The position numbers were made by a program, and so were the translations under genes. Shown one piece after another: positions 49,367 through 58,306 of a stretch of DNA of 58,306 nt. This DNA comes from an uncultured Nitrososphaeria archaeon (GTDB lineage: Archaea; Thermoproteota; Nitrososphaeria; Geothermarchaeales; JDFR-13): the NCBI GenBank assembly GCA_964529905.1, contig CAZGXJ010000005.1, forward strand, positions 1-58,306. The letters are read 5' to 3'. The notes under the pieces were generated by a model. The model was not told where the DNA came from. It searched no databases and saw only the letters and a program-made list of their open reading frames with translations. Numbering within the stretch: position 1 is the stretch's first letter; every line of letters starts with the position of its first letter.

Positions 49367-50686
49367 TTAGAATGTTATGAATTCATATGGGTTATAATTG
49401 TCATCAAAGCTATATTTAATGTTTTGAAACTGTTTTCTGAATTCTCTAACTTCTTCTCTTATTTTTCTTGTATCGTCTTTTTTAGTAATTACTCTATATA
49501 TGAAATCAGATACTTGATCCATATATTCATCTGTAATTCCCAGTCTAACGATTTCTTGGACTCCCAGTCTAATTCCTCCAGGATTCTTAAATGATCTTCC
49601 TTTTTGAGGGTCATATGGAAGTAAATTTCTATTTACAATTATACCTGCCTCCTCCAATCTTTTCTCTATTTCTCTTCCTCCTCCATGTTCACTAACATCT
49701 ATAAGAAGTTGATGGCTCTCTGTAAATCCAAATTTTTCTCCTAATACATTTAAACCTTTTTCATAAAGTAATTCACCTAGTTTCTTAGCCGTCTTTATAA
49801 CATCACGTGCATAGGATTCTCCAAAAACTATCATTTCACTTGCAGCAATTGCAAGTCCGGCCAATGTATTTAAATGATGATTACTCACCACCCCTGGAAA
49901 AACAGCTTTTTTTAATTTTTCTGAATACCTATTATAGGAGATTATGGCCCCTCTCTGTGGTCCAAAAAAAGTCTTATGTGTTGACATACTTACAACATCG
50001 GCTCCATCTTTCAATGGATTTTGAAAAGCTTTTCCAGCTATTAATCCAGCCACATGTGCAGCATCATATGCTATTGTAGCTCCCAAAGACTTTAAGTATT
50101 CAGACAATTCTTTGACGGGTTGGTTTCTTAAAATTACACTGCCCCCAAAATATACAAGTTTAGGAGTTTTGCCTATCAAATCAAGTTTATTAATTTTGCG
50201 TATCGTCTTATCTATATCTATATTCATCTCATCAATGTCATATTCAAAATATTCAATCTTGAGTCCATGAACAGCCCCCGCGGTTCCTCCAAATTTTTCT
50301 TTACCCATAGATATATGCCCTCCTTTAGCAATCGAAAGAGCCATCATTATGTCTCCGGGTTTGGTAAACGCTGTGTACACAGCTAAATTAGCTGTCACAC
50401 CACTAATTGGACGAACGTCTGCGAATTCGGCATCATACAATTTTTTAAAAAGATTTATTGTAATCTTTTCCACTTCATCTATAAACCTACATCCAGCGTA
50501 AACACGTTCTTCAGGCCATCCCTCTGCGTATCTATGTCCAAAATCTGATATAAGAGACATCTTCACAGTTTTACTCACTATATTTTCACTAGCTATAAGG
50601 GGTAGGGAGAATTTAAACATTTCATGGTGTCTTTTTATAAGTGAGAGTATATCGGATCTTATTTTAAGACCGACTTCAGTCTTCAT
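49367..50686 (-). CDS. glyA: Serine hydroxymethyltransferase
   Basis: LIASEN, YAEG, GGHISM, YDAAHV.GL, STHKT..GPQ, GIRLG. Confidence 0.96.
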   Translation of the reverse strand: MKTEVGLKIRSDILSLIKRHHEMFKFSLPLIASENIVSKTVKMSLISDFGHRYAEGWPEERVYAGCRFIDEVEKITINLFKKLYDAEFADVRPISGVTANLAVYTAFTKPGDIMMALSIAKGGHISMGKEKFGGTAGAVHGLKIEYFEYDIDEMNIDIDKTIRKINKLDLIGKTPKLVYFGGSVILRNQPVKELSEYLKSLGATIAYDAAHVAGLIAGKAFQNPLKDGADVVSMSTHKTFFGPQRGAIISYNRYSEKLKKAVFPGVVSNHHLNTLAGLAIAASEMIVFGESYARDVIKTAKKLGELLYEKGLNVLGEKFGFTESHQLLIDVSEHGGGREIEKRLEEAGIIVNRNLLPYDPQKGRSFKNPGGIRLGVQEIVRLGITDEYMDQVSDFIYRVITKKDDTRKIREEVREFRKQFQNIKYSFDDNYNPYEFITF

Positions 50687-51068
50687 GTTTTATCAACTCC
50701 ATATAATCTTTTGAACCTAAAAGTTCATTTAGCTCGTCTTTATTAGAAATTCTAATTTTAAAAATCCATCCCTGCTCATATGGAGATGTGTTGATTAGTT
50801 CTGGTGAATCTAATAGTTTTTCATTAACATCGATTATTTCTCCAGATACTGGTGTATACACCTCCGCTACTGTTTTAACTGATTCTATTTCGCATACCTT
50901 CTCATCCTTTTTAACCTTATCTCCCTTACTGGGTAGTTCGACAAACACTACATCCCCTAATTTTTGCTGAGCATAATCTGTAATCCCCACAATACCCTCA
51001 TCATCTATTATTCTTATCCACTCATGAGTCTTAGAATATAGTAGTTCATCTAAAACTTTATAGACCAT
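50676..51068 (-). CDS. gcvH: Glycine cleavage system H protein
   Basis: HEW, GITDYAQ..LGD, ESVK lipoyl site, PY..GW. Confidence 0.96.
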   Translation of the reverse strand: MVYKVLDELLYSKTHEWIRIIDDEGIVGITDYAQQKLGDVVFVELPSKGDKVKKDEKVCEIESVKTVAEVYTPVSGEIIDVNEKLLDSPELINTSPYEQGWIFKIRISNKDELNELLGSKDYMELIKHED

Positions 51069-51148
51069 GTTAAACCACCGATAATAATATATGTGGATTT
51101 CATCAAAATTATAATACTATTTCTAGTTTCAACTTGTTTACTCGTATT

Positions 51149-52285
51149 TTATTTGTTTACTCTTTTCCATCCATATTGATTTTCATCGTATAGTGGAAAT
51201 GACTTTATTTCAGCAGATCTCAATTTTTTCCTAATCTCTATGTAAATTTCTTTATTATCTATATAATTAGATGAAATATACCCCATTCCTATGCCTTTAT
51301 TTAATATCGGTGAATACGTTCCACTAGTTACGTATCCTATGATCGTTTTTTCATGTGAGTCTTTATCTAAATGGTATATTTTATAGCCTTTCCTGGGAAT
51401 CCCCGGTTCTTTCATTACTAAACCCATTCTCATCTTCAATACTTTATTTTTTAGTTCTAGCAAAGCTTTCTTTCCTATGAAATCTTTTTTATATATTTTA
51501 ACTACCCATCCAAGTGATGCTTCATATGGATTGGTGTTTTCATCAATATCGTTGTCATATAGACAATAGCCAGCCTCTATTCTAAGAGAATCTCTGGCTC
51601 CCAAACCACATGGCAACCCGTTAATCTCTATAACTTTTTTGAATAATTTATTCCAAAGTTCAATTCCCCTTTTGCGTGGTGTGTTTAAGAGAATAATCTC
51701 AAATCCATCTTCTCCTGTGTATCCAGACCTAGATATTACTAATCTACTGGTTTCGATGTTTTCAACCCCGAAGTGGAACCTTCTCAAATCTGAAAAATTA
51801 TTAAAGGTTTCATCAATTATATGTTTACTTTTAGGCCCTTGAACAGCTATCATTATGGATTGTTTAGTTAAATCTGAAAGCCTGATATCTCCAAAATTAT
51901 GCTTATGTTTATTTAGCCAATTTATAATCTTTAATCTATTAGTAGCATTTACCACTAATAGAAACTCATTATTTCCCATGTTAAATATCGTTATGTCATC
52001 TTTTATACCTCCCTTTTCATTCAAAATTAAAGAATATTGCATTTTACCAGGATATATTTTTTCAACATCGTTAGCCGTTAAATAATTTAGAAAGTCGAAT
52101 GAATTATTTCCCTGAATAAGTATTCTTCCCATGTGAGAAACGTCAAATATACCAACATTTTTTCTAACCGCTAGATGTTCCTGGGTAATAGATGTATAGT
52201 ATAAGGGAAGCTGGTAGCCAGCAAATATAGTAAATTTTGCATTTAGGTGTTCATGAATTTTGTAAAGCATTGTATATCTCGTCAT
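51149..52285 (-). CDS. gcvT: Glycine cleavage system T protein
   Basis: FDVSHMG, VQGP, GYTGEDGFE, GLGARDSLR.EAG. Confidence 0.96.
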   Translation of the reverse strand: MTRYTMLYKIHEHLNAKFTIFAGYQLPLYYTSITQEHLAVRKNVGIFDVSHMGRILIQGNNSFDFLNYLTANDVEKIYPGKMQYSLILNEKGGIKDDITIFNMGNNEFLLVVNATNRLKIINWLNKHKHNFGDIRLSDLTKQSIMIAVQGPKSKHIIDETFNNFSDLRRFHFGVENIETSRLVISRSGYTGEDGFEIILLNTPRKRGIELWNKLFKKVIEINGLPCGLGARDSLRIEAGYCLYDNDIDENTNPYEASLGWVVKIYKKDFIGKKALLELKNKVLKMRMGLVMKEPGIPRKGYKIYHLDKDSHEKTIIGYVTSGTYSPILNKGIGMGYISSNYIDNKEIYIEIRKKLRSAEIKSFPLYDENQYGWKRVNK

Positions 52286-52379
52286 CGTTCATTACATATA
52301 ATTCAAAAACTGGATATAAATGTTGAAAAAAAGGGAATCTAGTTAAATATTAAATTATAACTGGTATTTTTAAATGAAT

Positions 52380-52580
52380 TTATTCATTTTCTAAGTCAGT
52401 TAAAGGACTAACCTCAATATCTATATCGTTAATTTCCCCAAATCTTCTGCCACAATTTCTACATGTTTCTAGGGTCGATATTATTTGATTTATATTTACA
52501 AGAGTGAACCCAATATAGTATATTTCTCCACATTCTTTACATTTAACTATTATTGGCATTCTAAAATTTAATGAATTCAA
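52380..52580 (-). CDS. Small zinc-finger protein
   Basis: CKECG and CRNCG. Confidence 0.65.
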   Translation of the reverse strand: MNSLNFRMPIIVKCKECGEIYYIGFTLVNINQIISTLETCRNCGRRFGEINDIDIEVSPLTDLENE

Positions 52581-52621
52581 AGTAATATTTTAAATAGGTC
52601 CAACGTAAAATATAACTATTC

Positions 52622-52960
52622 ATGGGATTATATCAATCTCTTGAAAATTTTTTGAAGTATAGAGTTAATAAGATGATCAATAAGGGAATCCTTAAAATTA
52701 AAAACATCGAGATCCTATCTTACATAATTTTTGTTTCATTTTTTATTGTGTATTTGAGTGGACTGCCAAACATAGGGCAGAGAAATTTTTCCCTAGTTAT
52801 TTTGTTTTTTGTTATTAATTTGATTTATGCAGCGGTAGGTATTTTTGTAATTAGATCGATAGATAAAAAGACAAAGGATTATTTTCCAATATTAATTGGC
52901 CTGGGAATTATCGTAATAGTGTTACTTTTCAATATCTGGATCGGCTTTTTAAGATTCTGA
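52622..52960 (+). CDS. Small membrane protein (about 3 TM)
   Basis: Three hydrophobic segments. Confidence 0.55.
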   Translation: MGLYQSLENFLKYRVNKMINKGILKIKNIEILSYIIFVSFFIVYLSGLPNIGQRNFSLVILFFVINLIYAAVGIFVIRSIDKKTKDYFPILIGLGIIVIVLLFNIWIGFLRF

Positions 52961-53470
52961 CATTTCAACAAATTTTAGGTTAGAGTCCGTTAAAATAATT
53001 TCATATTTTTTATCAAAGGATATTATTCTAGAAAGAAATTCTATAATTGAGTTCACACTTCTATCTTCTTTCCATTCCAATTTTGATAGAACAATAAACA
53101 AATTCTTGATATACTTGTTTTCACAAATTTCGTTGATTAATGAGATAAAGATATATTGATCGTACATTAACTTTTTCTTGAATTCATCGAAAACAAGTGG
53201 AACGTTTAACACTATAACATTATAATTTTCGTATAATGAATTTTCTATTTCCAATAATAATGAGATTAGATCCATAAGCTTGAATGGTTTATATACCATA
53301 ATATCTCCTCCATGAGGCCTTATCTCGGAAAGAATTCCTACAATCTCTTCGGGCGTGAGGAGATTATAGCTGTCTATTATCATTGCCTTGTCAATTTTGT
53401 TTATCGATATTATCTCTTTGATGATGTGTGGAATGAGAGTTGTTGATTTGCAAAGATACAGTATTTTCAT
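52949..53470 (-). CDS. Hypothetical protein, possible inactivated RecA-fold
   Basis: Alternating beta/alpha pattern (IID.YN, vYKPF...DL..LL), no Walker A; coupled to the helicase gene. Confidence 0.45.
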   Translation of the reverse strand: MKILYLCKSTTLIPHIIKEIISINKIDKAMIIDSYNLLTPEEIVGILSEIRPHGGDIMVYKPFKLMDLISLLLEIENSLYENYNVIVLNVPLVFDEFKKKLMYDQYIFISLINEICENKYIKNLFIVLSKLEWKEDRSVNSIIEFLSRIISFDKKYEIILTDSNLKFVEMSES

Positions 53471-55278
53471 TTTTGTTTCAACCTATCTACATCATCATAA
53501 TCATTTATAATGACAACCTTATTATTCTCTATCAATTTTTTAAACCATTGAGGCACAAATTCAGAAAAAATGAGGTCGATAAATCTTCTTTCAAAAACAG
53601 ATATGGTTAGCTTTCTTTTTCTTCCCATAAATCTACCTAAAGATTGAATGAAAAATATCATGGCTGGCATTAAATACCCTAATTTATAAATTTCTTCTCT
53701 TCTTTTAAGCTTAAAAAATCGTTTTATATAATCGCTTTTTGTTTTATCAAAGGGTTTAATAGATAAACCATAAAAGATCAAATTTGCATTAAAGTCATAT
53801 TTCCTAAATATGTTAATTCCCTCGGATAACACACCTCTTTGTGTAAGAATTCCAATTAGGTGATTTTCATGCATTAATTTATCAAAATTTAAGTTGGGTA
53901 ATACATCCGACAAAAACATTATTCTTATTGGTTTTTCCAGATTTCTACGATAGTTACTTATAAGTACCATTTCTTCTAATGTGTCATAGAATTCTTTTCC
54001 TAATTGTTGTGATGGGACAAATATGAATGTATGATATGAATTTTTAGCCAAATTATTGATCGCATATTCAGATATCTTTCTTATTATATTCTTCTCTCTC
54101 TCAGGATACTTGCTACTTATTTCTCTACTTAAAAAGAAAGTCACCTCTAAATCTTTTATTGGTTCATATAGGTATGGGGTCTCTATTTCATAAATGGGTA
54201 ACTTAATATTCATAATTTTAAATAAATGCTTAAAATATTCCTTGGGTGACAAGGTAGCAGACATAACTACAGTTGATATGCTTGAGTTTATCAAATTTTC
54301 AATGAACTTTTTATTAGTAGGTTGTATTATATCCAGAGACCCATTTGATAAGCGGATAAGACTTTTTTCTTTCAGTAGAATGCTAAGCTTATTAAGAATA
54401 TTGATAATTTCGGGGTTCTTTATAACGATCCTATTTGTTAATATTCCATAGTATACTCTTTCTATTGCTCCTACCAGTTTATTTAGGTCATGCAGATTAC
54501 CTTTATAATAATTGTGTAGTAGATCCTTCAATTCAGATAATTCTTTAGTCGTAGAGTAATTAAAGGAATATAGTATATCATTTATATCTATTCTTTGAAC
54601 ATTTGATTCAATAATGTATTCAAATAAGTTATGTCCCTCATCTATAAATACCATATAAGTATATGGAGAAGGCAGTAAGTTAGGCAGTCCATGAAATAAG
54701 TAGTAATAGGTTGACAAAATTATATTTCCTTTATTGGATAAAGATGTGAATGAATAATAGGGACAGGCTCCTGCCATTAATAGATTTTCAATAATATCAT
54801 ATATTGAAAAAGAAGATGTAGATAACTCAATGAGCTTCTTCATTCCTAATTTTTTTATATTGTTAAAATCAATACACTTTCTTCCATTTTCTCTATTCTT
54901 ACAAAATACATAGCTAGAGTTTTCTAAATATAGGTCACCATAAGGACATGTAAATTCTTTTCCTAATATTGGAATTACAATAAGATCTTCTGAACATAAT
55001 TTCTTAAGCATGTAAAGTCTATTAAAATATTCTTCAAGCTGTTTGTGTGTCCTACAAAATATAAATACCTTTTTTCCAATAGAAGCATATATCAGGCTCA
55101 ATATAGAGATCAAAAGCGATTTTCCAGCACCAGTGGGTTGCTCCAATAGATACAGCCCTCTTTTTTGAAATGTTCTATAATATAAGTCTAACGTCTCTTT
55201 CTCTATGTTGAATTTACTGGATATCTGATCTAAGCACAAGCCTATCTTTATGTTTCTAGCATTTTCTATCTTCATCAC
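53467..55278 (-). CDS. XPD/Rad3/DinG-family Fe-S helicase
   Basis: PTGAGKS, RTH.Q, four Cys (CP, C, C, CPYY), DEGHN, MSATL.P, SEGIN, QSLGR. Confidence 0.85.
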   Translation of the reverse strand: MMKIENARNIKIGLCLDQISSKFNIEKETLDLYYRTFQKRGLYLLEQPTGAGKSLLISILSLIYASIGKKVFIFCRTHKQLEEYFNRLYMLKKLCSEDLIVIPILGKEFTCPYGDLYLENSSYVFCKNRENGRKCIDFNNIKKLGMKKLIELSTSSFSIYDIIENLLMAGACPYYSFTSLSNKGNIILSTYYYLFHGLPNLLPSPYTYMVFIDEGHNLFEYIIESNVQRIDINDILYSFNYSTTKELSELKDLLHNYYKGNLHDLNKLVGAIERVYYGILTNRIVIKNPEIINILNKLSILLKEKSLIRLSNGSLDIIQPTNKKFIENLINSSISTVVMSATLSPKEYFKHLFKIMNIKLPIYEIETPYLYEPIKDLEVTFFLSREISSKYPEREKNIIRKISEYAINNLAKNSYHTFIFVPSQQLGKEFYDTLEEMVLISNYRRNLEKPIRIMFLSDVLPNLNFDKLMHENHLIGILTQRGVLSEGINIFRKYDFNANLIFYGLSIKPFDKTKSDYIKRFFKLKRREEIYKLGYLMPAMIFFIQSLGRFMGRKRKLTISVFERRFIDLIFSEFVPQWFKKLIENNKVVIINDYDDVDRLKQK

Positions 55279-55364
55279 TTAATATAGCTCATTAACATTT
55301 AAAATTAGGCAGTGTTTAGTGAAAGTATTAGCAAATATATTGTAGGAATCAAGTCCAAATTGGA

Positions 55365-57653
55365 TTGATTACAAAAATCTCAATATCTCATATAATTTTT
55401 GGGAGAGGATTGGATATGAGATACTTTATGCATCCGATGATTAAAGATAAAGTGCTTGAATATAGGGAATACCAGGATAAAATTGCTAAAGAATGCACAA
55501 ATAAGAATTTACTAATAGTCTTACCAACGGGAACGGGAAAAACAGTTATTGCCTTGTTGGCCACAATATATTGGATGGATAAACATCCGAATGGAAGATT
55601 ATATTTGTTAGCACCTACGAGACCTTTGGTTCATCAACACATGAAACTATTTAAAAACATTATAAAAGAAGGTTTCTCTATGGTTGCTCTAACAGGGGAA
55701 ATACGTCCAACAGAGCGTAAAATCTATTGGAAACAAAAATTTATTTTCTCGACTCCTCAACTTTTATATAACGACCTTGTTAGAGGGTTTGTAAAAATTA
55801 CGAATGACGATATATTGATATTTGATGAATCTCACAGAGCTGTTGGAAACCATCCATATGTTAAAATTATTCAGTTTTTACAAAGTCTTGATTTATCACC
55901 GAGAATAATTGCATTAACCGCTTCTCCAGGTGATAAGGATAAAACATTAGATATTATAAATAATTTGAGGCTGGATGATGTTGAGCTATATACTCAGGAT
56001 GATCCTATGGTCTCAAAATACTTTCATGGTTACAAAGTAGAATCAATATTTGTTAATAAGGATCCACTTTTTAGCCACATATACCAGCTAATTCAAGAAT
56101 TAGTAGATGAAAAAATAAGAAAAATTAATTTGCTGTTAGAAAATACAGGAGTCGAAATTGATAAGAAAAGGCTGTCTTATACTTATCTTAAAGAATTAAG
56201 GGATAATATAGTTGAAAGCTTCACAGATGAAAAATTATTGAAGAAAATTAAGAAAGAAATATACGAACTTATAGTTTTGGAAAGAATAATGACCTACCTC
56301 GAAACATATACTTATCCTACTGTGAAAAATTATATGGATACTATATTTGGGACCTCGAAAACTATTCGAAAAAAGGGTCTTTCTCTTTCGCGTGAGGTAA
56401 AACTTCTCGAATCGTATTATCTTATTAAGAAGGCAATAGAGTCTAATATGTATCATCCAAAGGTATATGAGCTAATAGATTTACTTGATAGGATATCCTT
56501 CACAAAGTGTATAATATTTACCAGTATAAAAGATAATGCTTTGGAGCTGAGAGACATCTTACGTAAGAAAAATATCAAAGCGGAAATATTGGTCGGTCAG
56601 GGGAAGACAAAAGGAATCGCTATGAAGCAGTCTCTTCAATTAAAAACTTTAGACGAATTCAACAAAGGAAATATAAAAGTTCTGGTAGCTACGCATGTTG
56701 GAGAAGAAGGTCTGGATATATCAGAGGTCGATCTAGTGATTTTTTACGATAACCCGATAAGCGCTATAAGAAGAATTCAGAGGATGGGTAGAACTGGTAG
56801 AAAGAAGGAAGGTAAAGTAGTGTATTTGATTATGAAAGGGACCAGAGAAGAATCGAAGTTCTATGCAGGCCTCTACAAATATAAACGTTTAATTAAGGAG
56901 ATCAAAAGCGTTAAAAATGAATTGCGTCAACGCAAATTAGAAGGACTGGAAAAGTATATAAATCATACCAGTCCTATGGATATAGAACAACATGATGTAA
57001 CAAAAGTTATTGTAGATACGAGAGAAAAAAGCAAAATAATAAATAACTTGCTAAACGCCAAAATCCCTATCCAGATAGAATCACTAGATATTGGTGACTA
57101 TATAATAGGGCGGTATATTATTGAACGTAAAACTCTTGAAGATTTTGCAAGGTCGATATATGATGGGAGGTTGTTTAACCAATTGAGAAATATGGCCTCA
57201 TTAAAAGATATGAAATATAGGCCTCTATTGTTGATAGAAGGTAAATATTCTGATATGGTGAAACTCGGAAATATTCGGTCTTTCTTTGGTGCCATTATTT
57301 CTACATTGTTTGATCTCGATATTCCCATAATATACACCTCTACAGAGGACGAAACATCTATTGTGCTAGAATTACTTTATAAAAAGATTTACAATAGAGG
57401 CGAAAAATCTCAAAAAATAAGATTAGAAAAGAAACCTAAAGACATAATTGAAATACAGAAATTCGTATTATCAGGGATTCCAGGTATAGATACAAAATTA
57501 GCATCTAGATTATTGGACAAATTTGGCAGTCTAAGAAATATTGCTAATGCATCCGTTAGTCAATTGATGAGTGTAAGGGGTATAGGTCCTGAACTGGCTT
57601 TAAGAATATATAAAATTTTTAATTATAATAATTCACTCTCTAAGCAATTTTAA
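55365..57653 (+). CDS. hef: Hef (SF2 helicase plus ERCC4 nuclease, FANCM homolog); likely start 55416
   Basis: R.YQ, PTGTGKT, PTRPLV.QH, DESH, TASPG, EEGLDI, QRMGRTGR, VDTRE, GDY, ERKT..D, HhH2. Confidence 0.94.
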   Translation: MITKISISHIIFGRGLDMRYFMHPMIKDKVLEYREYQDKIAKECTNKNLLIVLPTGTGKTVIALLATIYWMDKHPNGRLYLLAPTRPLVHQHMKLFKNIIKEGFSMVALTGEIRPTERKIYWKQKFIFSTPQLLYNDLVRGFVKITNDDILIFDESHRAVGNHPYVKIIQFLQSLDLSPRIIALTASPGDKDKTLDIINNLRLDDVELYTQDDPMVSKYFHGYKVESIFVNKDPLFSHIYQLIQELVDEKIRKINLLLENTGVEIDKKRLSYTYLKELRDNIVESFTDEKLLKKIKKEIYELIVLERIMTYLETYTYPTVKNYMDTIFGTSKTIRKKGLSLSREVKLLESYYLIKKAIESNMYHPKVYELIDLLDRISFTKCIIFTSIKDNALELRDILRKKNIKAEILVGQGKTKGIAMKQSLQLKTLDEFNKGNIKVLVATHVGEEGLDISEVDLVIFYDNPISAIRRIQRMGRTGRKKEGKVVYLIMKGTREESKFYAGLYKYKRLIKEIKSVKNELRQRKLEGLEKYINHTSPMDIEQHDVTKVIVDTREKSKIINNLLNAKIPIQIESLDIGDYIIGRYIIERKTLEDFARSIYDGRLFNQLRNMASLKDMKYRPLLLIEGKYSDMVKLGNIRSFFGAIISTLFDLDIPIIYTSTEDETSIVLELLYKKIYNRGEKSQKIRLEKKPKDIIEIQKFVLSGIPGIDTKLASRLLDKFGSLRNIANASVSQLMSVRGIGPELALRIYKIFNYNNSLSKQF

Positions 57654-57965
57654 TAATTTAAGATATTTTTCTAGTAGATCCGCTGATTCTCCATCAATTA
57701 TGTCTATTTCTTCAATAATTTTTTGGATACTTTTAATAACTTTTTCTCTTACCATCTGTCTCACATTATCCTCCAAATATTTAATGTATTCCTCTATGGA
57801 TTCAGCTATTTTAACTTCTCTATTACAAATTGCGCAAAATAGTTTATCATCTTTTTTTAAAAGAGGCGATCCACATACAGGACATTCTAATTGTGTAAGT
57901 TTCCATCCCTGTTTTATATATCTACTAAGTATGGTTTCTTCTTTATCCACTCTTTCTCTCCTCAA
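57633..57965 (-). CDS. UPF0148/SSSCA1-like zinc-ribbon protein
   Basis: GW.L....CPVCGSPL......FC..C. Confidence 0.82.
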   Translation of the reverse strand: MRRERVDKEETILSRYIKQGWKLTQLECPVCGSPLLKKDDKLFCAICNREVKIAESIEEYIKYLEDNVRQMVREKVIKSIQKIIEEIDIIDGESADLLEKYLKLLKLLRE

Positions 57966-58028
57966 AAAATTAATATAAAAGGAATATCACATAAAACTAT
58001 GTAGAATCTATCCTCACAGGTGGTTATC

Positions 58029-58306
58029 ATGCCTAGGAGAATGAGTAAAGAGGAGATAAATGAACGTTTTGATAAGGCAAAGGATATTCTTGAAAAAATA
58101 GTTAACAATAGACAGATTCCAAGAAATATTAGAAGATTAGCAGAAGAGACTATAAGCATATTAGAAGATAATAGTCTTACTCCAGCTGCAAGAGCAGCTA
58201 ATGCTATACAGAATATAGAAAACATGGCATATGATCCCAATATACCTATATTTGCAAGGATGTGGGTTTGGTCTTGTGTAGCAATATTAGAACCAATCAG
58301 AGATTA
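58029..58306 (+). CDS. UPF0147 family protein (stop codon cut by window edge; not in ORF track)
   Basis: MPRR...IPRNIRR...RAANAI......DPNIP..AR...W; GGTGG SD. Confidence 0.88.
   Translation, partial: MPRRMSKEEINERFDKAKDILEKIVNNRQIPRNIRRLAEETISILEDNSLTPAARAANAIQNIENMAYDPNIPIFARMWVWSCVAILEPIRD

Noticed and set aside
2574-58240. Many antisense ORFs in the track (e.g. 2574-3128, 6649-7143, 14885-15259, 40442-40909, 46667-47287, 57962-58240)
   Set aside because: S/I/F/L-rich shadows of recognised genes on the opposite strand

Overview
AT-rich archaeal chromosomal segment, mostly core housekeeping. Near all-GC tRNA stems point to a (hyper)thermophile. PolD, Elf1, an arcadin-1-like gene, long Hef and multi-intron tRNAs point to a non-crenarchaeal TACK lineage (Geothermarchaeota/Aigarchaeota/Bathyarchaeia-like; inference). 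Contents: an informational superoperon (aCPSF1-psmB-priS-priL-PCNA-TFS-rpoL-csl4-dph2-rpl10e), rpoF-rpl21e-srp54, rpl44e-rps27e-aIF2a-nop10, aglB, and a probable replication origin upstream of orc1/cdc6, bracketed by both PolD genes and flanked by three uncharacterised HTH-type genes (one membrane-anchored). Also repair genes (NucS, RadB-like, XPD-like, Hef), glyA-gcvH-gcvT and six tRNAs. Four tRNAs carry nine BHB/BHL introns that I resolved by hand, including a triple-intron tRNA-Ile with a 2-nt micro-exon and an apparently obligatory splicing order. The accessory left end holds an EVE/PUA-like gene, a GIY-YIG nuclease, and a decayed HTH-HTH-LAGLIDADG gene preceded by a ~320-nt densely base-paired element. 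No CRISPR array, rRNA, IS element or intein was seen. Protein calls are from motif recognition only; no database searches were run.
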